From the NCBI GenBank assembly GCA_963716945.1, contig OY970322.1:60001-92000 (forward strand): a DNA stretch of 32,000 nucleotides, given 5' to 3'. The stretch is from Candidatus Saccharimonadota bacterium. Its GTDB lineage: Bacteria > Patescibacteriota > Saccharimonadia > Saccharimonadales > UBA4665. Below, one piece after another: positions 30,520 to 32,000 of this stretch. The position numbers and the translations under genes were made by a program. The number at the start of each line of letters is the position of its first letter. Within the stretch, counting starts at the first letter, position 1. The notes beneath the pieces were generated by a model. That model did no database searches and had not been told where the DNA came from. It saw only the letters and a program-made list of their open reading frames with translations.

Positions 30520-31402
30520 ACCTTTGTCGCCCGAGGCGACGCAGCCTTTCATCGAGCACGTCCAGGAACTCCGGCGGCGCCTGTATTACATAGCCGCCTC
30601 GGTGGTGCTTTGGGGTTGCGCCGCTTACGGCGTCCAGCAGCACCTGGTTAATATCCTGTTGCGGCCGGCGCGGGGCGAACATTTCATCTATACCAGTCCC
30701 GGCGGCGGGATTGATTTCCTATTCCGGATTTGCGTCTATAGCGGCATCGTGCTGAGCCTGCCGGTTATCGTTTATAACGTGTTGCGGTTCATCGAGCCGC
30801 TGATTACCAAAGGCTCGCGGCGGTTTATCGCCGCCGGCAGCCTGCTGTCGGGTTTGCTGGCGGCCGGCGGCGTCGTTTTCGGCTACTACGTCGGTTTGCC
30901 GGCCGCCCTGCACTTCTTGCTGCACCAGTTCCAGACGGTTCAGATCCAGCCGCTGGTCACGATCCAGTCATATCTCGGCTTCGTTATCGTTTACATGGTC
31001 GGGTCGGCCATGCTCTTCCAGCTGCCGTTGCTGCTGCTGTTTATCAACCGTATCAAGCCGCTCAAGCCGCGGCGGCTGCTGCACTATGAGCGCTGGGTCA
31101 TCCTGGCGGCGTTCGTGCTGGCCGGCCTGATGAACCCGACGCCAAACATCTTCAGCCAGCTGCTGGTGGCCGGTCCGTTTATCCTCATGTACCAGCTGGG
31201 CATTATCCTGATCGCCATCATCAACCGCGGGCGCAAGCTTAGCCGGGTCGAGGAATTGCACCGGCTGGACGTCGAAGCCCAGGCCAACCGCCAGTCGCGG
31301 ACATCCAGCCTGCAGCCGATACCGGCGCTGGCCCTGCCCCAATCTACGCGCAACAGCCGCGGTGTCGACCGCCGCAAGATCCTGGTCCGGCACATAATCT
31401 AA
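30464..31402 (+). CDS. tatC: twin-arginine translocase subunit TatC
   Basis: Six-TM TatC pattern beginning FIEHVQELRRRL. The start is uncertain: ATG 30464 overlaps tatA by 56 nt, while TTG 30524 lies 4 nt after the tatA stop. A non-membrane C-terminal extension of about 60 aa is present. Confidence 0.85.
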   Translation: MKTSKNQTRSRAGGKVPNRPLSPEATQPFIEHVQELRRRLYYIAASVVLWGCAAYGVQQHLVNILLRPARGEHFIYTSPGGGIDFLFRICVYSGIVLSLPVIVYNVLRFIEPLITKGSRRFIAAGSLLSGLLAAGGVVFGYYVGLPAALHFLLHQFQTVQIQPLVTIQSYLGFVIVYMVGSAMLFQLPLLLLFINRIKPLKPRRLLHYERWVILAAFVLAGLMNPTPNIFSQLLVAGPFILMYQLGIILIAIINRGRKLSRVEELHRLDVEAQANRQSRTSSLQPIPALALPQSTRNSRGVDRRKILVRHII

Positions 31403-31415
31403 GCCGCTGGAGCGG

Positions 31416-31982
31416 TTAGTTAAATCTAAGGTTCAGGTGTTCCGGAGCCACGCCCTGGCTCATCATGTGGACGTTCATAAAAGCATCTGCGGTAAGTGGC
31501 CCTCTGTCGAAGTTGTCCGGCACAGCGCCGGCAATGACTTTTACGAAAGCGCTGATCACCGGTATTCTCTCGTCGGGATCACACCATTTAGACCAGAGCA
31601 ATACGCCGACTCTTTCCATGAACGCGGCGTTTGAGGAGTCGGTAGCTATCATTGATTTCCTTTTGACCTGGGGGTCCAAATCAACAAATTTCGCAACCGG
31701 ACTGCCGTTCCGGTCCCGGGTAACACCAAACATGTGCTCATTAAGAATATCCATGCTGGCCGTCCTGCCGGCTACGCCATGAACCGTCATTAGACGCCCA
31801 AGGCCTTGCGCCAGCCCTTCTTTGAGTTCAGTCGGAGCGGCTGACAGCGGTTCCATATCGGCCAGGTGTTCGCTGATAGCCACATAGGGGTAATTACCGA
31901 CGCTTTCGAGCAAGAAACCGTGAACGACAGGAATACCGGCCTCGGCCAGCGAGCCCTGCATTATATCCCAGGCTTCCGTCAT
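31416..31982 (-). CDS. hypothetical protein (weak resemblance to the C-lobe of small kinase-like folds)
   Basis: 188-aa ORF with no confident family. The pattern GIPVVHGF...YVAISEHL...LMTVHG...DILNEHMF...KFVDLD loosely recalls APH/RIO-type kinases, but the catalytic motifs are not canonical. Confidence 0.45.
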   Translation of the reverse strand: MTEAWDIMQGSLAEAGIPVVHGFLLESVGNYPYVAISEHLADMEPLSAAPTELKEGLAQGLGRLMTVHGVAGRTASMDILNEHMFGVTRDRNGSPVAKFVDLDPQVKRKSMIATDSSNAAFMERVGVLLWSKWCDPDERIPVISAFVKVIAGAVPDNFDRGPLTADAFMNVHMMSQGVAPEHLNLRFN

Positions 31983-32000
31983 GGTTGTCCCCGCCTGAGC

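Noticed and set aside
1-32000. Search by eye for CRISPR arrays, tandem repeats, IS elements/transposases, integrases, rRNA, and known riboswitch-like leaders.
   Set aside because: None found. Intergenic regions are short, and the longer ones (5861..6142, 27567..27928, 30139..30303) are explained by divergent promoters or the small-gene unit. A computational repeat and Rfam scan is still advisable.

Overview
Gene-dense, GC-rich bacterial chromosomal segment with about 45 genes, mostly on the minus strand. I saw no rRNA, CRISPR array, transposase or integrase. Taxonomy cannot be fixed from sequence alone; the CIRCE/HrcA regulon, compact overlapping genes and many unknown small ORFs suggest a small-genome, Gram-positive-like lineage (low-confidence inference).

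Content, left to right:
- Partial MFS permease, then a NatAB-like ABC pair.
- EamA-like permease and tRNA-Lys(UUU).
- rimB-rimK (ribosomal protein S6 glutamylation module), divergent from a GGDEF diguanylate cyclase.
- An expanded heat-shock locus on the minus strand: CIRCE-hrcA-orf99-grpE-(HD-GYP-like), CIRCE-dnaK, then orf84-dnaJ.
- gmk-like kinase and two anchored or secreted proteins.
- lepA, radC, murJ, ftsH, tilS.
- A small membrane protein, a TSUP permease and tRNA-Met(CAU).
- A lower-GC accessory stretch: SAM methyltransferase, HAD hydrolase, an asparaginase C-terminal-domain-only ORF, a P-loop kinase, an internally duplicated membrane protein and an EgtD-like methyltransferase.
- A stand-alone 30-codon gene with a consensus promoter and intrinsic terminator.
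- An abrB-like / DHA2 MFS / tail-anchored protein operon.
- tatA-tatC and one hypothetical gene.

Observations most worth follow-up:
1. The self-contained, apparently strongly expressed small amphipathic-peptide gene at 27.6-27.8 kb.
2. An HD-GYP-family enzyme and two unknown small acidic ORFs wired into the CIRCE/HrcA chaperone operons.
3. rimB-rimK facing a GGDEF cyclase.
4. A recurrent -10 box placed 6-10 nt before start codons, implying many leaderless mRNAs and correcting several start calls.
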